Assembly: GCA_951804945.1 (NCBI GenBank)
Contig: OX638154.1
Span: forward strand, 53,010,001 to 53,074,000
Direction: 5' to 3'
DNA length: 64,000 bases
From: Podarcis cretensis
Taxonomy: Eukaryota
Below are positions 1-14,138 of the stretch, piece after piece. A program made the translations under genes and the position numbers. The stretch's first letter is position 1; every line of letters begins with the position of its first letter. The notes below the pieces were generated by a model, which was given only the letters and a program-made list of their open reading frames with translations, made no database searches and had not been told where the DNA came from.

Positions 1-772
1 GAGACAGTTCCAACCTATGTTCAAATGGACAAGCAAAGATGTGAATTAAGGTCACATTCATACCACATGGCTTCCCCCAGAGAATTCTGGGAACTGTAAT
101 TTACCTCCCACAGAGCTACAATTTCCAGAAACGCTCTGCAGGTCTGTGGCTGAGGTAGAATTTGACTTCCGGACTCTTCTGTGGTGAACCTCAGCAGCAC
201 ATCTCTCACTGCTAGATGAAAGTGAATCACTAAGTCATGCCACTATTGCACATGGACTCAGACTCAAGTGGCCACTACGCCAAACCCATCCAACATCTCT
301 GCCCCTGTCCAGCTAAATCAGAACATGCATTGCTATATCTACATTCAGGATAGCCATTTCAGTTCAATATCCATTTGTACTTTCACATCAAAAAGAGGAA
401 GGCAAATGAAGAGAGAAGGGGGAGGTGCAACAAGTAGGTTAATGCTATCCAAGCACAATCTGTATTCTTCATGACTGCTGCTCTTGGATGAACACATTTA
501 TTCAGTATCATGCTTAAATGCCAGAAAAGTAATTGTGCTCTTCTCTATTACACCTTGCTCCTAACACAGCATGCATATGTCTGAGGAAAACTCCCAGTCA
601 TTTAATCACAATTAAGAAATCGAAAAATGTTCTATCTGCACAGAGTACATACAGTAGCTTCTGGTCATGCAACCTCACCTTTCTATGCAGCCACAGATTA
701 AAAGAAAAAGAATCAATGGTTTTAACAGAGTTCTAGAATTCCCCTCTCTCAAACACTAAATTCACGGCTTAC

Positions 773-862
773 CTGTCCAGTGTCACTCTTCCAAGTACCC
801 AATCCAACAAGAGGCAGCTTTTGCCCAGTATGAAGCAAAGCACAGTTGGCCTCAGAAGACAT
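773..862 (-). CDS. AKR1A1: Aldo-keto reductase 1A1 (aldehyde reductase), first coding exon; the rest of the gene lies off the left edge
   Basis: Reverse strand reads MSSEANCALLHTGQKLPLVGLGTWKSDTGQ then GTAAG donor, with acceptor ATTTTAG ending at 869. This matches the AKR1A1 N-terminus (LHTGQKMPLIGLGTWKS). Divergent adjacency to PRDX1 is as in other vertebrates. Confidence 0.93.
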
Positions 863-1896
863 CTTTACCTAAAATAAATGCAATAATAAAAATATTAACT
901 AGGACGCTATACCAATTTGTTTCACTACACAGAACAGAATGTGTAGTAGACTTGACATTATTCTTATTTAAGCTGAAACTGAGAGAGTGGAATGCAAAGT
1001 GTAAATATATAATAGGATGAATTATATTACATTTTATCCATGTAGAAAATTTAAATCCTGCCCTTCCATGGCAGACTCCATGTTCACAGTGGCTTACAAC
1101 AATTTAAAAACATCTACACATACACACACAAAATAAAAATCCATATTTGGACAATACCTTTATTAAACCAACAGCATATTAAGAGGAATCACTGTAGACG
1201 TAACCTGCAGGATGGGAGAGTTGTGCCTTTGCTGATAGTACTGTAAAGACAGGCTTTCCTTAAACAAGAGGTGCAGCTCAAGTTATTCTTTATAAATTAG
1301 AAGAGCTTGCTTTATTCCAAAAAGTGAAGCATGGATGCTACAAGTCTGAGTTTAGAAAGGACTGACCACAAGGATTTAGGCATAGTATTCCCCAAGCTCA
1401 TACCCTCTCCTTCCCCTACCATGTACCTTGGGATGTACCGTAACTTGAAGATATCGTAAGTCTATGCACTTCAATGAATAAATCTGTGCATAAACTGGCT
1501 GGCAGGTCTGTACCTGTAGCCTGATGCTTGCTTGTTATCAGAACAAGATATCAGTTTATCTTCTGACAAACTTAGAGAAGCATATAAAGGCAAGGTCTCT
1601 TGGTCTGTCCCAAAGCGACGGTCAGAGCCTGTTTCATAACAAGCAGATCTACAGAGCAGTATCAGGTTTTCATTCTCAACTTTCTGTTCACTGTCCAAAA
1701 CTTACACAATATACCACCATTAACTAACTCCTTCCCTGTTTCCTTCACACCTATTGCCTGAAAGTTGCAGATTCAATGGATTTTTATTCAGATGCAGGTT
1801 TCACTGAATTCAGCTGCAGTCTTACTCCCAAGTGTATGTGCATGGAACTGAAAGTAATTAAAAGGCATTCTGCTCAACTCTTTGTTGGATTAGTTT

Positions 1897-2305
1897 AAGG
1901 TAAAGGTAAGGTAAAGGTAAAGGACCCCTGAACGCTTAAGTCCAGTCAAAGGCAACTATGGGGTGTGGCACTCAGCTCACTTTTCAGGCCAATGGAGCTG
2001 GCATTTGTCCACAGACAGTTTTCCGGGTCATGTGACTAGCATTACTAAACCGCTTTGGCGCAATAGGACACCGTAACGGAAGCCAGAGCGCACGGAAACA
2101 CCATTTACCTTCCCGCTGCAGGGGAAGGTATTTATCTATTTGCCTATTTATCTATTTGCACTGGTGGGCTTTCAAACTGTTAGGTTGGCAGAAGCTGGGA
2201 CAGAGCATCGGGAGCTCACCCCGTCACATGAATTCGAACCACCAACCTTCCGATCAGCAAGCCCAAGAGGCTCAGTGGTTTAGACCACAGCGCCACCCGC
2301 GTCCC
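1897..2305 (-). mobile_element. Sauria SINE
   Basis: Reverse-strand head GGGACGCGGGTGGCGCTGTGGTCTAAACC with a B-box-like GGTTCGAATTC, and an (ACCTTT)n tail. Confidence 0.88.
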
Positions 2306-2799
2306 TTGACTTACTGTACGTGTTTGTGCTGATTGAAAAGTATTTTGTTTATGAAAGAGGAACATCCTACAATGCGATCTAAAAGCTGCTTTGCTGGCTG
2401 AACTGTAAAAGGAAATGATGTTTCAAGAGATTCCAGTCTCCGTCAACTTCCTCAGCTTTTGCTGAGATCAGCTGTATAGCAGTGTCCCATGAAACTGCTT
2501 CCTCCATTTAAGCACCAGCTCCTTTAGAAAATTAAGGCAGGATGAAAATTATATTCCTACTTTTACTATTAAATTTCTAATAAAATAATCATAAATGCCT
2601 ATTGGTTACTGCCAATGAGGAAAACGAGCTTAAGTTACAGGGCCTACGTGCAAACAATGGCTTGGTGTGCAGAACTAGTCTCCCTCTTTAAAACTCTTAT
2701 CCACACTATATATTCACAACACATGTATATTCATAGCTTCCTTGTTTTTAAAATCATAGAACAGAATCATAGAGTTGGAAGGGACAAATATATATATAC

Positions 2800-2962
2800 A
2801 TAATCCTATACATAATCATAAGCAAGTCCCATTCAGTTTAATAGGCTTTTCTCCCAAGGAAGCATGCACAGGTTTGCGGTGCAACCCTATACATGATTAC
2901 TCAGAAGTAAAGTCCAATTGAATTCAATGGCATTTACTCCCAAGTGATTATGACTTGCAGCC
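2800..2962. repeat. Two adjacent copies of a ~85-bp hairpin-like dispersed element (CTCAGAAGTAA...TTCAATGG...TTACTCCCA); related copies at ~7930-8003 and ~55150-55230
   Basis: Imperfect palindrome GCAACCCTAT...GATTGCAG recurring through the window; family not assigned. Confidence 0.55.
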
Positions 2963-3404
2963 TCAGCCTCACCATTATTCTTGGGGAGGTCCTTGAAACC
3001 AGCATGCTAGGATTCAAACTCATGTACAAAGCTAGCATATTAACCACTTGGTTACACTGATCCATTGTCCTGTGAAAATATGACATGGAAGCCTTTAAGA
3101 GGACAACCAGCAAAGAAAAGTACATGTTATTTTAAAAATGCCCAAGAATCTCATTTGACAAAGCATAATTAGCACCTATATGATTTGAATTGTGCAGTTC
3201 AGTATACTAGCAGAGGCTGATGAGCAGACTCTTGGGCTGGGGTACTGTTTAGGGTTTTTTTTTGGAGGGGGGTCTTGTTGCTGTTGTTGCCAGTTCTTTG
3301 TGTTTTTATTTTAGTTCTTGTGATATATGTGGCAATTATTCCATATGGTTGTATATTTTTTGAATGTTTTATTTATTGTTTTATTTATTGTTTATTACTA
3401 ATAA

Positions 3405-3765
3405 ACGCAGGTGGCGCTGTGGGTTAAAGCCTCAGCGCCTAGGACTTGCCGATCGAAAGGTCGGCGGTTCGAATCCCTGCGGCGGGGTGCGCTCCCGCTG
3501 CTCGGTCCCAGCGCCTGCCAACCTAGCAGTTCGAAAGCACCTCCGGGTGCAAGTAGATAAATAGGGACCGCTTACCAGTGGGAAGGTAAACGGCGTTTCC
3601 GTGTGCGGCTCTGGCTCGCCAGAGCAGCGATGTCACGCTGGCCACGTGACCCGGAAGTGTCTCCGGACAGCGCTGGCCCCTGGCCTCTTAAGTGAGATGG
3701 GCGCACAACCCCAGAGTCTGTCAAGACTGGCCCGTACGGGCAGGAGTACCTTTACCTTTACCTTA
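3405..3765 (+). mobile_element. Sauria SINE
   Basis: ACGCAGGTGGCGCTGTGGGTTAAA head, GGTTCGAATCC B-box, (ACCTTT)n tail. Confidence 0.9.
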
Positions 3766-4222
3766 CTACTTGTGTTATTTTGCAGTTCTGTATTTTTTTC
3801 ATGTTGTAAGCTGCCTTGAGCATAAAAAACTGTGGAAATGTGGCGTAAAAATAAAGTTATATATGCACTGTATGTATACTATTCATTCCAGCTCTGCACT
3901 TTAGGTAAGATACACATCAATCTAAACTTTAACCTGGGGCAAGTTATAATATATAATCAGTAACTTGATCAGTAGATGCCAGCAGTTTCATCCTATTTCA
4001 CCTGACACAGAGGCAAATAAACCCAGTTCCAACTGCAGCTATAGTGCATAGATTGCAGAATTAAAACAGCAAAGGCTATAATTGATTCTGTTTTGAAGAC
4101 AAGTTATATGAATTTTTTCATTTATGCTTTAGTCTAGACATCTCTCCTAAAATTATTATCCTTTAAAGTGCATGGTTTACAAAGTCTATCATATTACCAA
4201 GATGGTTCAGGGTTACTCTATA

Positions 4223-4440
4223 CAGTGGTACCTCAGGTTAAGTACTTAATTTGTTCTGGAGGTCCATACTTAACCTGAAACTGTTCTTAACCTGAAGTAC
4301 CACTTTAGCTAATGGGGCCTCCTGCTGCCGCCGGAGCACGATTTCTGTTCTCATCCTGAAGCAAAGTTCTTAACCTGAAGCACTATTTCTGGGTTAGCGG
4401 AGTCTGTAACCTGAAGCGTATGTAACCTGAGGTACCACTG
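4223..4440. mobile_element. Tc1/mariner (Tigger/pogo-like) MITE
   Basis: TIRs CAGTGGTACCTCAGGTTA / TAACCTGAGGTACCACTG flanked by TA duplications. Confidence 0.88.
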
Positions 4441-6229
4441 TATCTGTAAAATAGAAACAGAGGCTGATAGTGACTTTTTTGTTGTTTAGTGACTTATCCA
4501 ACACCATAAAGTTAGTCCAATCAAAGTTAGGAACTAAGTTCAGGGTTCTTAGGAGCTAGTTTAACCCACCACCAGCCATGAGGCCACACTGGTTCAAACT
4601 GCTTGCTTTAGAAAGCAAGTACAGTCCAGCAGATAGTGGATTTAGAAGCGTTGACTTTAAATCACTGCTGAACAGCCTTGGGCAAAGGGCACACAGGACT
4701 TTGGGCGGCAGGGGCAGGAACAGTACAGAAGCTGTCCGAAACAAAATTACCAGCTGATAGTATTACAAGTAATAGTTGATTCACACAACATTATTGATGT
4801 GACAGTATCTTCTAAAACATATGAGCTGCAGTCTAGTTTGGGGTGAGAGAAAAGACATTCCGTGAGAATGCACACAGCTCTCTCCTGCAAGTAAGGGGAA
4901 TAGGGGTCCTGGGGGTGCTGTTGCCTCCCCACCCCAAAACTCAACTATCAGCATACTTACTTGTGCACTGAGCAACAATCCTATGCACACCCAATTTTTA
5001 CTGAACATTACATACGCAGGAGGAAACTACAAGTCTAATTAGTTTGCACACTAATCCCAGAAAAAAATGCCCTCTGGTTTTAGTTAGCTTTCTTCTAGAC
5101 AAATTTATGATTAGGATAAAACCTACAAAACTTTTTCTTTAAACACTCTGTTAAATGGTTTCTGAATCAGGTTAAATTGTGAATATGATCAACCAGAGCA
5201 ATTTAGTTTTTTCAGTTTAGATATAATTGAACCAAGTACAAATTGAGGCAGTCTGAATAATTGAGACAGCAAAATAATTAAGAGAACTTGCTCAAGCAAA
5301 TCTTCAGGGAATCCCTTAGCACCTCAACTTGCCATAGTGCCAATTGTTACACCACACTCCTAGCTATTGGATGCTTGTCATTTGCCTCAAGGTTTATTGC
5401 AACCACTCGCAACAGAAATGCATGGGGAGTGGGTGGGTGATGGCAAGTGAGCAGAGTTTTGCCCAGAGGCATGTGATACAAAATGTAGGCTCCCTGCATT
5501 TTGGTAGAGAATCCCCCAACTATGTTACTTGTACCTCTATTTCAAAATTAAAAAGGCATTGCACTCAACCCACAAACATTAGTAGTTTAACCTTTTCTGT
5601 TTCTCCAAAAAAATATATGGTTTACCCATGCATACATTACTGGCAGACATTACCAAGGATTTCTAAACAGGACTGCCAAGGGGTAAACTAAGCTACTCCG
5701 GGGTGGTGCGTGCTCAGTGGTAGTAATCTCCAGGAAGAGTGGTTACAGCACCCATAATTAAATATCTGTTAAGTGTGGAAGCAACTGGATTTTGATACAG
5801 TCGCTGCAAAATACACTACAGATACGGTTGTACTGGTGTGAATACATGCATCGCCTGCCAGAGTTCTTAATGCAGCCAGATATTTCTACACCTTCACGGG
5901 GAGGGGAGGGACAAAAACCCACAGCTTTCAATGGGACTTATTTCCAAACAAATACTGTATACGTAACTCCTATGAACACTTAGTTGGAAAGAAGACCATG
6001 TGGAACTCACTTCAATGCAAACACGTGTAGTTTCACTCGCCACGTATAATACCACGTTGCGCTTAATGCACGTTAGAGGTACACGTTGTTGTTGTTGTTT
6101 TCCCCCCTCCCTCCTTCTTTTAACAATTTTTCCATCCCCAAGCCCACCAAAAGGGGAGGGGAATCGAAATAAAAAAGCAGAGCCTCCGGGACAGGAGCGA
6201 TTCCCCTATTTTCTACCCCACCTCCTGAT

Positions 6230-6480
6230 TATACACGAATCTGACTGACGCCAATCAAGTCAGGCAAAGCAAGAGATTAGCTAACGACGGGAAACTCACA
6301 GCCAGTTTGCAGCGCGCCGCGTCCTCGGGCGCTCCCTTCCCTCACCGCAGTTCAAAATACTGTGCATCGACAACTCCCCCGGCCTCCAACTTCAACGTTT
6401 CCGTTTCCGGGTTTGATATGTAACCGTTTACTCCTCACTTTTCAACATTTTCCAGCTCACGTGGGCGCGATGCGTTAACA
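6230..6480 (-). promoter_or_regulatory. Probable AKR1A1 promoter / non-coding exon 1 (CpG-rich patch)
   Basis: Local CpG enrichment, a reverse-strand GTGAGT donor at ~6294-6299, an ETS-like TTCCGG at ~6405 and an E-box CACGTG at ~6458. Confidence 0.55.
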
Positions 6481-6987
6481 GTTATTGCTCTATATTCCCC
6501 CTCTTTCGGAAAGGGTTTGGTAGAATTAAATCGCTTCCATTACAATCTGGCAGAAAGCTTTACTGAAGAAAGTTTGCATTCCAATTTTGGGTATATTATC
6601 TACGACAGCTGGGGTGGGGTTGCCTGGTCATGCTGCAACCAGAGTATGATAAAAGGACAGGATCCCAGGATTGCCTCATCTCAGTCAAAGCTAGAAAGAT
6701 GTTCATAATTAGATAAGGAATGTGGCGAAAGATACTACCAGGATTGTCAGTGGTAGCAATAACAGAAACTATGCCAAAAGGTATCTTTACTCCTGCCTGA
6801 CTCCATTTGCAGCAATTCATTTACACGGGAGAAATGTGCATTCAAGGGCATGATGAGACCAGGACTAAATGCCTAACTGCCAACCTCTGATAGCTTCAGT
6901 TTCTTTCAGATTTGCTGGTTGCAACCTATTTGTTCCATATAACGTAATAAAGAAAACAGAACATTTCCTTGTCTGACTAGTTACACC

Positions 6988-7177
6988 CAATGCTTTTTTT
7001 CTTAAAAAAAAAAGTTTAGGGGTACTCACATTCTCTTTTTTTAAAAAATATTTTTATTGAGCTCTTTTTCATTCTCGTACTCATATTGAAATGCTGCCCC
7101 TCAATGAGGCCAAACTTAGATTCACAAAATGTTTAGGGGTATGTGTACCCCTGCATCCCCCCAGAAAAAAAAAATGG
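6988..7177. mobile_element. hAT-type MITE
   Basis: 8-bp TSD GTTACACC at 6980-6987 and 7178-7185; ends resemble the 32625-32760 element. Confidence 0.7.
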
Positions 7178-9029
7178 GTTACACCCCTTTATATGCACAT
7201 ACCCCACCTTATATTCTACTTCCACTCATGCTTGAATCTACTCGCTTGAACCCACTCCCATCCTTTTTTAATGGTAAAGCAGTTTGTGGAGGTTGAAGTG
7301 TGTAGTCCTGTCACGGGTCCCACTACCACCTCACATACATATGTGCACAGGTAGAGCTCTTGTTCCACCCATGGTTTTTGGGATCCTACACACATCAGGC
7401 TGTGTAAATATATATATGTCAGTATATGCCAAGGGCTCTTCATGTGAATGCAAAATGCATAGCTGACAGCAAATTGAGCTACACAGTGCTGACGCTGCAT
7501 CTCCCACATGCATTATTTCGATGTGTGAATGGGCTGAAGTGACACGTCCCTCCTCCCCAGTATGACAAATAAAATTTATTAAGTGTTTGTAAAATACAAA
7601 CATTTCTTCCTTATCTTCTCCACCTATCATAATAATAGGCATTATTTTAGTCATAATTGCACAATGTGGTAAGGAGTCAGATCCCTTGGCAATGGAGGCT
7701 GGGTCTAGTCTCTGGAGCAGGCATGTTTTGCCTTCCCTACACAATTGTTTTCAAATGCAGTACTTTACCTTTCTCCACAGGTGTGAATAGAAATTATTCA
7801 TTTATATACTGTATAAAGGTAGCCAGATGCAAGAGGATAGGACTCCTGCACCTAAGAGTTGTGTGGATAAAGGAATTTCAGGCCTCATTTACGTAGATAG
7901 ATTGGAGATCAAGAATGCAGTACCAACCATGCCTACTCAGAAGTAAACCCTACTATATTCAGCGTGGACTTGCTACCAGGTAAATGGAGTTAGGATTGCA
8001 GTCTCAATCTGCTACTTGCTTCTGACAAACTCAGCCATTGATAATCAAGTCTATATTTGTCCCCCTTACCTGCTGCCTTGCAGGACATTTTAGGGAGAAG
8101 ATAAGGCTAAGAATTAAACTACACAAATCTGGATTGGAATCCCTAAAATGGCTGGATGGCATCTTGTACAGCTCCTTCCAGCAACTCCTGCAGCCATGCT
8201 GGTGCCCAATGTATTGCCCTGCTTTCCTTTGGATCACATCAACTTTCCTTTGGATCACGTCAGCGAGGCTAAGAGGTGGGGCTTGTCATCTGGGCAGGGC
8301 CAGATTAAGACTTTTAAAGACTTTTAGAGCACTTAAAATGTTTTGGTGCCCCCATATATATCCAATTCATAATATGAACCATAATAAATTATAAAATAGT
8401 TAGAAACACTGTATCTTGGTATACAGTAATTCTTATTATGAATGTAGTTCCTGTGACCCTTCATGAACTCCCACTGAAGAGATTATATGGCTCACATGAG
8501 TAGACCAATGGCATATGAAGTAATTTAAGGAGTTAAATCATGTGCAGTAACACCTGCATTCCTCTCCCCCCACCCCGAACCTGTTGTAACATTGAGTGAT
8601 GAAGCAGCCTCAGACAGATGATATTGCGTGTCATGAAAGAGTAGCAAATTGTTAGCTATTTAATGTATTGTTATTGTATTTTTACTGCAAGGGAGAAGTA
8701 CTACATGTGGGATTTTCTGCCTCTGGTGTCAAAATAACTTGGCCAGCCCTAGGGATTGGGTGGTGGTAGTGTTTTTTTATTTGCTTTTTGCATCAGGCAG
8801 CAAAAAGTATTGTACCAGCTCCGGTTCTTTCACTTACGGTAGTTTAAAAAATTCCAGATTGTTTTCTAGACCTCCCTAATTGAGGTCTAATGGATAGTTT
8901 CTAGACCTCTTTAGATTATGAATTTACACAGAGATATTATATAATTTACATTTATGAATAAATACATGAATACATTATTTCCTTTTGTATAGGGAGTTGG
9001 TAATATGTAACACATTCCTTACTATTTTA

Positions 9030-9117
9030 ATAGAATCATAGAATCATAGAGTTGGAAGAGACCACAAGGGCCATCGAGTCCAACCCCCTGCCAAGCAGGA
9101 AACACCATCAGAGCACT
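9030..9117 (-). mobile_element. CR1 LINE 3' end fragment
   Basis: Reverse-strand (ATTCTATG)n tail and CR1 3'UTR core; essentially identical to the start of the 18689 copy. Confidence 0.8.
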
Positions 9118-10571
9118 CTTTTGCACACTTGTACATGTGGCTTGGACTTTAGACATTAATTCTGCTGTTATTGATTAATCCATCTTTCCTTCCCCCCCTC
9201 AGATTAGCATTTTATAGTCGTGAATTTCAAATACACTATTCAAATCATATAAAATAAAGTTAAACATAAACCCAAAAGATAAGAATATTATCCTGTATAA
9301 CATTATGTGTTTTAAAGAATTAAACACTGAGTTTCAGATCATTATTCTTGCAACATAATCCATGAAAAAAATCATAGTGGATCAGTTCAATCATACTTCT
9401 AATCTAGCACAGTGTTTCAATACTAAACTTTGTTACCCATAAGTAAGCCTCGCTGAGTTCAATGAGTTCAAACCTACTTGGAAGTGTGCATTGAGCTTTT
9501 TGTGTGTCTTACTTCTGAGTAAACATTTATTGAATTAGTTTGCCCATCTCGTTTTTCCTCCTCCTGGATTATATAATCACCAGTCCTGAGTGTCATTATT
9601 CCACAATGCATACTAATTCAAACTCTTGATTCTTTACAATAATGTAATAGCAGCCTGTATCTGAGAAGTAGCATAGCATTAAAATGGAAATATTGTTTCA
9701 ATAAATGGAAACACCGACATGCATTTAAAGGCAACTGGGACTTGGGGCAGGTGTTATTTGCTTCTGAAATGATTCATTATTCCTCTCAGTCAACCTTCAT
9801 GATTACTGCAGTCATTTGGCCCAAATCCATACATCTCAGAGGCACAGAAACAAATCCCCATTTGGCTTCTCACATGATTACTTCTCCACAGTGTTATCTG
9901 TCTCTTGGAATCAAAGTAAAAAAGAGGTATCCCAGAGGAAAGGAACAGAAAAGTTGCATAAGAAAGTTGAGCAGAGAGAAAATAAAGCAACAATAAATAC
10001 CTGAGTTGAAGAGAACAGATGAATAAGCTATTCAAAGCAGCATGTATGAGCCACTGACAAGAGAATAGCTCATGTGAATAAGACTAACTAATGAATAGCA
10101 GAGATTTTAAAATAATTAACCTTCAAATAGGAAAAATAGATTATCCAGTAACATGCCACCTCCCTGGTTACAGGGAAATATGGCACTGGTATCTTGAAAA
10201 CACTGTTGATAATGTTGTTTTTGGCTGAATCAACAAAATACTGAGTTTCTGTTTGCTTCCAGTTACAGCTAAGTGACTGAAAATGTGGCTTTATTTGGCC
10301 TTGCAGGATAATGTGCACATCAATGGTTAAGAATAGTATATGCCTCTGAGCGTAAAGTAACATTCTCTCACCACTAACAGCCCAAAGGTAATCTGGGATT
10401 ATGGAAAAATCCACATCAAGCAACTCCCATTTTATAAAACCTGTTTGAACAGAACTATTGGCTATTCAGTGTTGTAATTCCAGCAGAAAACTGACAAAAC
10501 AATTTGATTGAATTTTATACTACTTACAATCAGTGCATTTTCTAGTAAAAAAATAGGTGCTAGTACTACTA

Positions 10572-10880
10572 CGATGCAGGTGGCACTGTGGTCTAAACCA
10601 CTGAGCCTAGGGTTTGCCAATCAGAAGGTTGGCGGTGAGCTCCCGTTGCTCGGTCCCTGCTCCTGCCAACCTAGCAGTTCAAAAGAACTTCAAAGTGCAA
10701 GTAGATAACTAGGTACCACTCCGGCAGGAAGGTAAACGGCGTTTCTGTGTGCTGCTCTGGTTCGCCAGAAGCGGCTTAGACCCGGAAGCTGTACGCCGGC
10801 TCCCTCGGCCAATAAAGGGAGATGAGCGCCGCAACCCCATAATCATCCATGACTGGACCTAACAGTCAGGGGTCCCTTTA
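10572..10880 (+). mobile_element. Sauria SINE (internally deleted)
   Basis: GCAGGTGGCACTGTGGTCTAAACC head, Sauria body, ends GGTCCCTTTA; TACTACT on both flanks. Confidence 0.82.
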
Positions 10881-11489
10881 CTACTCATTTTGTTAACAGT
10901 GTGTTGTCTGGGATGCTTGGACACAAAATGGAGAATTTTGTGTACGAATGCTGCTTGTATTCAGGATTTACAGGCCATTGTCTTTTGCTTTATGTGGGAC
11001 AGCAATTTTGGGTTCATTATAGAGGAAGATGGGAGACTGTAGGTAGCTATTGTTAGTCATGTTGATTATATATCACTTACAGGTTCAGAAGTACCTTGAT
11101 ACTTCAGCTCTAGAGCAACAAAGGCAGAGGGATGTGTTTTCACCTTCTGCTTTTGGCCTCCCAGGGCACACCTGATTGTGCATTGTGGAGAACATGATAC
11201 TGGACAGGCCTTTGGTATGATCCTTAAATAAATATATTATGACTATTCCTATGTCAGCAAGGAACAGGAATTCAGTTGTAAATTGTATGGCAGGAACCCA
11301 ACTAGTCTGAAGCAATGTACAGGTCTACACCGAAAACTAAAGTTGTGAAATGAAGGATCCCAGGAATGAATAGAATCCATGAGGTTTCCACATTTTTACA
11401 ACAAAGGGACGTGATAGTTTAAATGCCAACGTGTCACATCTATCTGAAAACAGAATTCCTTATGTGACCCAAGTTTCGCTCAAGCACCA

Positions 11490-12780
11490 TCGTTGTGACC
11501 AAGCTGTGGTGTTAACTGGGCAAATCCCAAAGTCCTTCCCTTTCACACAGCAAACTGTCTATTCCACATGACTTTGCATTTTCAATTCAGATCGATTGCA
11601 CAACACGGTTTCAGTGAAACGACTGCAACCACCGCCGCCGCCGCTTTGTAGTCATGCATGGTTTGCATCACCCATAAAACCCGAGTCTAATGCAACCATA
11701 ACTCTGCAGCTAGAATTCACGTTTCTTCCCTTCCCCACGCGATTTGTCGAAGGGGAGGGGGCACCTTTCCCCAAAAAAACTATCAAGATCTGTGCAGTAC
11801 AGTTGGCCCTGATTCCCACCCACCCACCAACTACAAAAAACAACAACACCCGATTCTAAAACCAGCAGCACCAAAAGTTATGCTGGCGAACAAAAAGCCG
11901 CAAAATGCAAAGTCATGCTGGCGCAGCAGCTACGCCAGAAAGCAGGAGAGCCGGGAAGGAGGCGCCAACCGACAAGTTCTTCGGCTTCGTGCTCTCGCGA
12001 GAGTTGAGAATGTATAAAACAGAAGGGGCACTGCCTGCAGGGCTGGATCTTTTTTTGTTTCGAGCCGGGAGCGGCAAGAGGATATTTGAAGAAGCGGGTA
12101 ATTTCGCATTAGGTAAAACATACCTCTCTCTCCGCCGTCCAAAATGAGAATCTGGGCCAGGGCAGGGCTGGCCTGCAGTTCGTACAGGTTTTGTTCGTTT
12201 GCTGTAATAGAATGTGCTTCCTAATAGTATTTGAGATCTGCTGTTTTGTGTGTCAAATTAATTGTAGACGGTTTCATGATGGAGATCTGTGTGTGTAACT
12301 TAGCTGGGCTTTGCTCCCCGGCGCCTGGTAGCCCAACAGGTGGAGGGAGAGCCGAGCTGAGTTCAGTTTCCTGCCTTGGTCGAGCTTCGGGTCGTTTTTC
12401 TTCGCCTCGGTTTCCTGGCGCAACAAAAGATCCCGGTTTAAAGAGGCTCGGAAGTTGGGAAGTGCAGCCTGCAGGGTGGGGAAAAGCTCTGGGTGCGATC
12501 GACGCCCGAGCTATTAAGTGAAATTGTGCTATTAAATCAATGAACTTCAAAGGACGTCGCGGTTCTGGCCGCGCCTGCTGCAGTCGGGCTGGCCGCCGGC
12601 TCCTTCCGCTGGTCGTTTCAATGGGCTGATGGTGGGTTTGGTTGGGCGTGAAGCTGCATTTATCTTGGTAGGGAGAGAAGTTGGGATGCTTGGACGCAAA
12701 ATAGGGAATTTGGGAGTTGGAAGGCTGCTGCCTCCGCGGGTTAGGGGCCGTTGTCTTGTGTTCCACGAGAGATGGCAGTT
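11490..12780 (+). promoter_or_regulatory. PRDX1 CpG-island promoter with antioxidant response elements
   Basis: CpG-rich ~11900-12780. TGACnnnGC motifs at 11495-11504, 11568-11578 and 11906-11916 (-). Lies ~2.5 kb upstream of the first coding exon. Confidence 0.7.
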
Positions 12781-14138
12781 TTTAAATATAATTATAGAGT
12801 AAGGTCGAGGTTGTAGCCCTGGGCTCAGGTACCTGAAAAGGTGCTACTGAGCTCCATGGAATTTAGCGAATGAACATGACGCACAGTGTGCAAGAGAGTT
12901 GAAATGGGCGAAGGCTAGCTAGTTATGAACGAGTTTCCTCTTATCGGTTTCATTTCCATACCATTGCGTAATGGAAAACTAAACCGTTTAAAGTTAACTG
13001 CACTGATTTGAGTAGTGTTACTATTATTTTTGGCATATTGGGGTTGAGATGATCATCTGGAACTCTGATTTGTGCACCGTTGCCTGTTTTGGGATGTACT
13101 GAGTTTGTACTTGGAATACTTCTTGTGCATTACGCAGCTAATCTCAAGGCTTACTTTTAAAATAACGCAGCTGTTATTTTCTTGTGCTAGAGCCAAGTTG
13201 TATGGGGAACGGTGTTAGAAACTGAGATATGAAAGCTCAGAGCTAAGTGGCGCCTTAAACCTGGGTTATGGGTGCAACAATGGAATGTTTAGGCGCACTT
13301 TTTATAACAAGAATACAAAGCTGAAAATGAATGAACTGCAGCTAAAATATTATGTTCATTTTTCACATGGTCTAGTCCTTCCCCTAATATTCTTAAGAGG
13401 GTCTCTTCTCCAGTTTTCAGAGAGTAGCTAGAAGTGGAGAGGCAGAAAAAGGTCCTCCTTTCCTTCCACTCTGCATTTTTATTCTGAAATCTTAGATGCA
13501 GTACTGCACCCAGAGCTCAGAAACCGCTTACCCTAATTAAATTCCCTGTCGCAAAATGCGCCTAGAACAATAGGAGTTTCGAACACTGATGGGGAGCTAC
13601 CAAAGCCACTGAAATGTATTGTGGTTTAAAATTCCTTTTTAATTTTTTGGCCCAAGGGCTGTACACACTTTCACATACATGTGCATGCACACACAGAGTC
13701 AGACAATCCTCCCTATGCAGCTGATCCAGGCAGATCTCCTGAAGGGGAATTACTGCTCCTCATGTGGTTATCAGATTGCTCCTTTGGGAACTGTTTGCAG
13801 CCATCCTTATTAAATATGCTTACAATGCATATTTCACATTACCTTTAATTTTATATTTTTAATAGTTTTGCATTTTATTATATACTTATTGTATACCGCC
13901 TTGATACTTTAGCAGATGGTGGTATATAAATACTTTTATAATTTTAGTCTAGAGGTTTTCCACTCCCCAACCCAGTTCTGCATGTAATATTTTTTTCATT
14001 TTGCCCCTGCTGCCCCATGGGTGATGGTGGGAGGGGGAAAAATGTTTGTGGGAGCCACTCTTGTTCTACAGAATGCTGTTAAGTTTCATGTTCCTATTGT
14101 TAGTATAGATTATCCCTTAAAGTGTCTCTTGTTGGACA

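Noticed and set aside
12221-12766. 181-aa minus-strand ORF
   Set aside because: It overlaps the GC-rich PRDX1 promoter, has no recognisable domain and has a non-ATG start.
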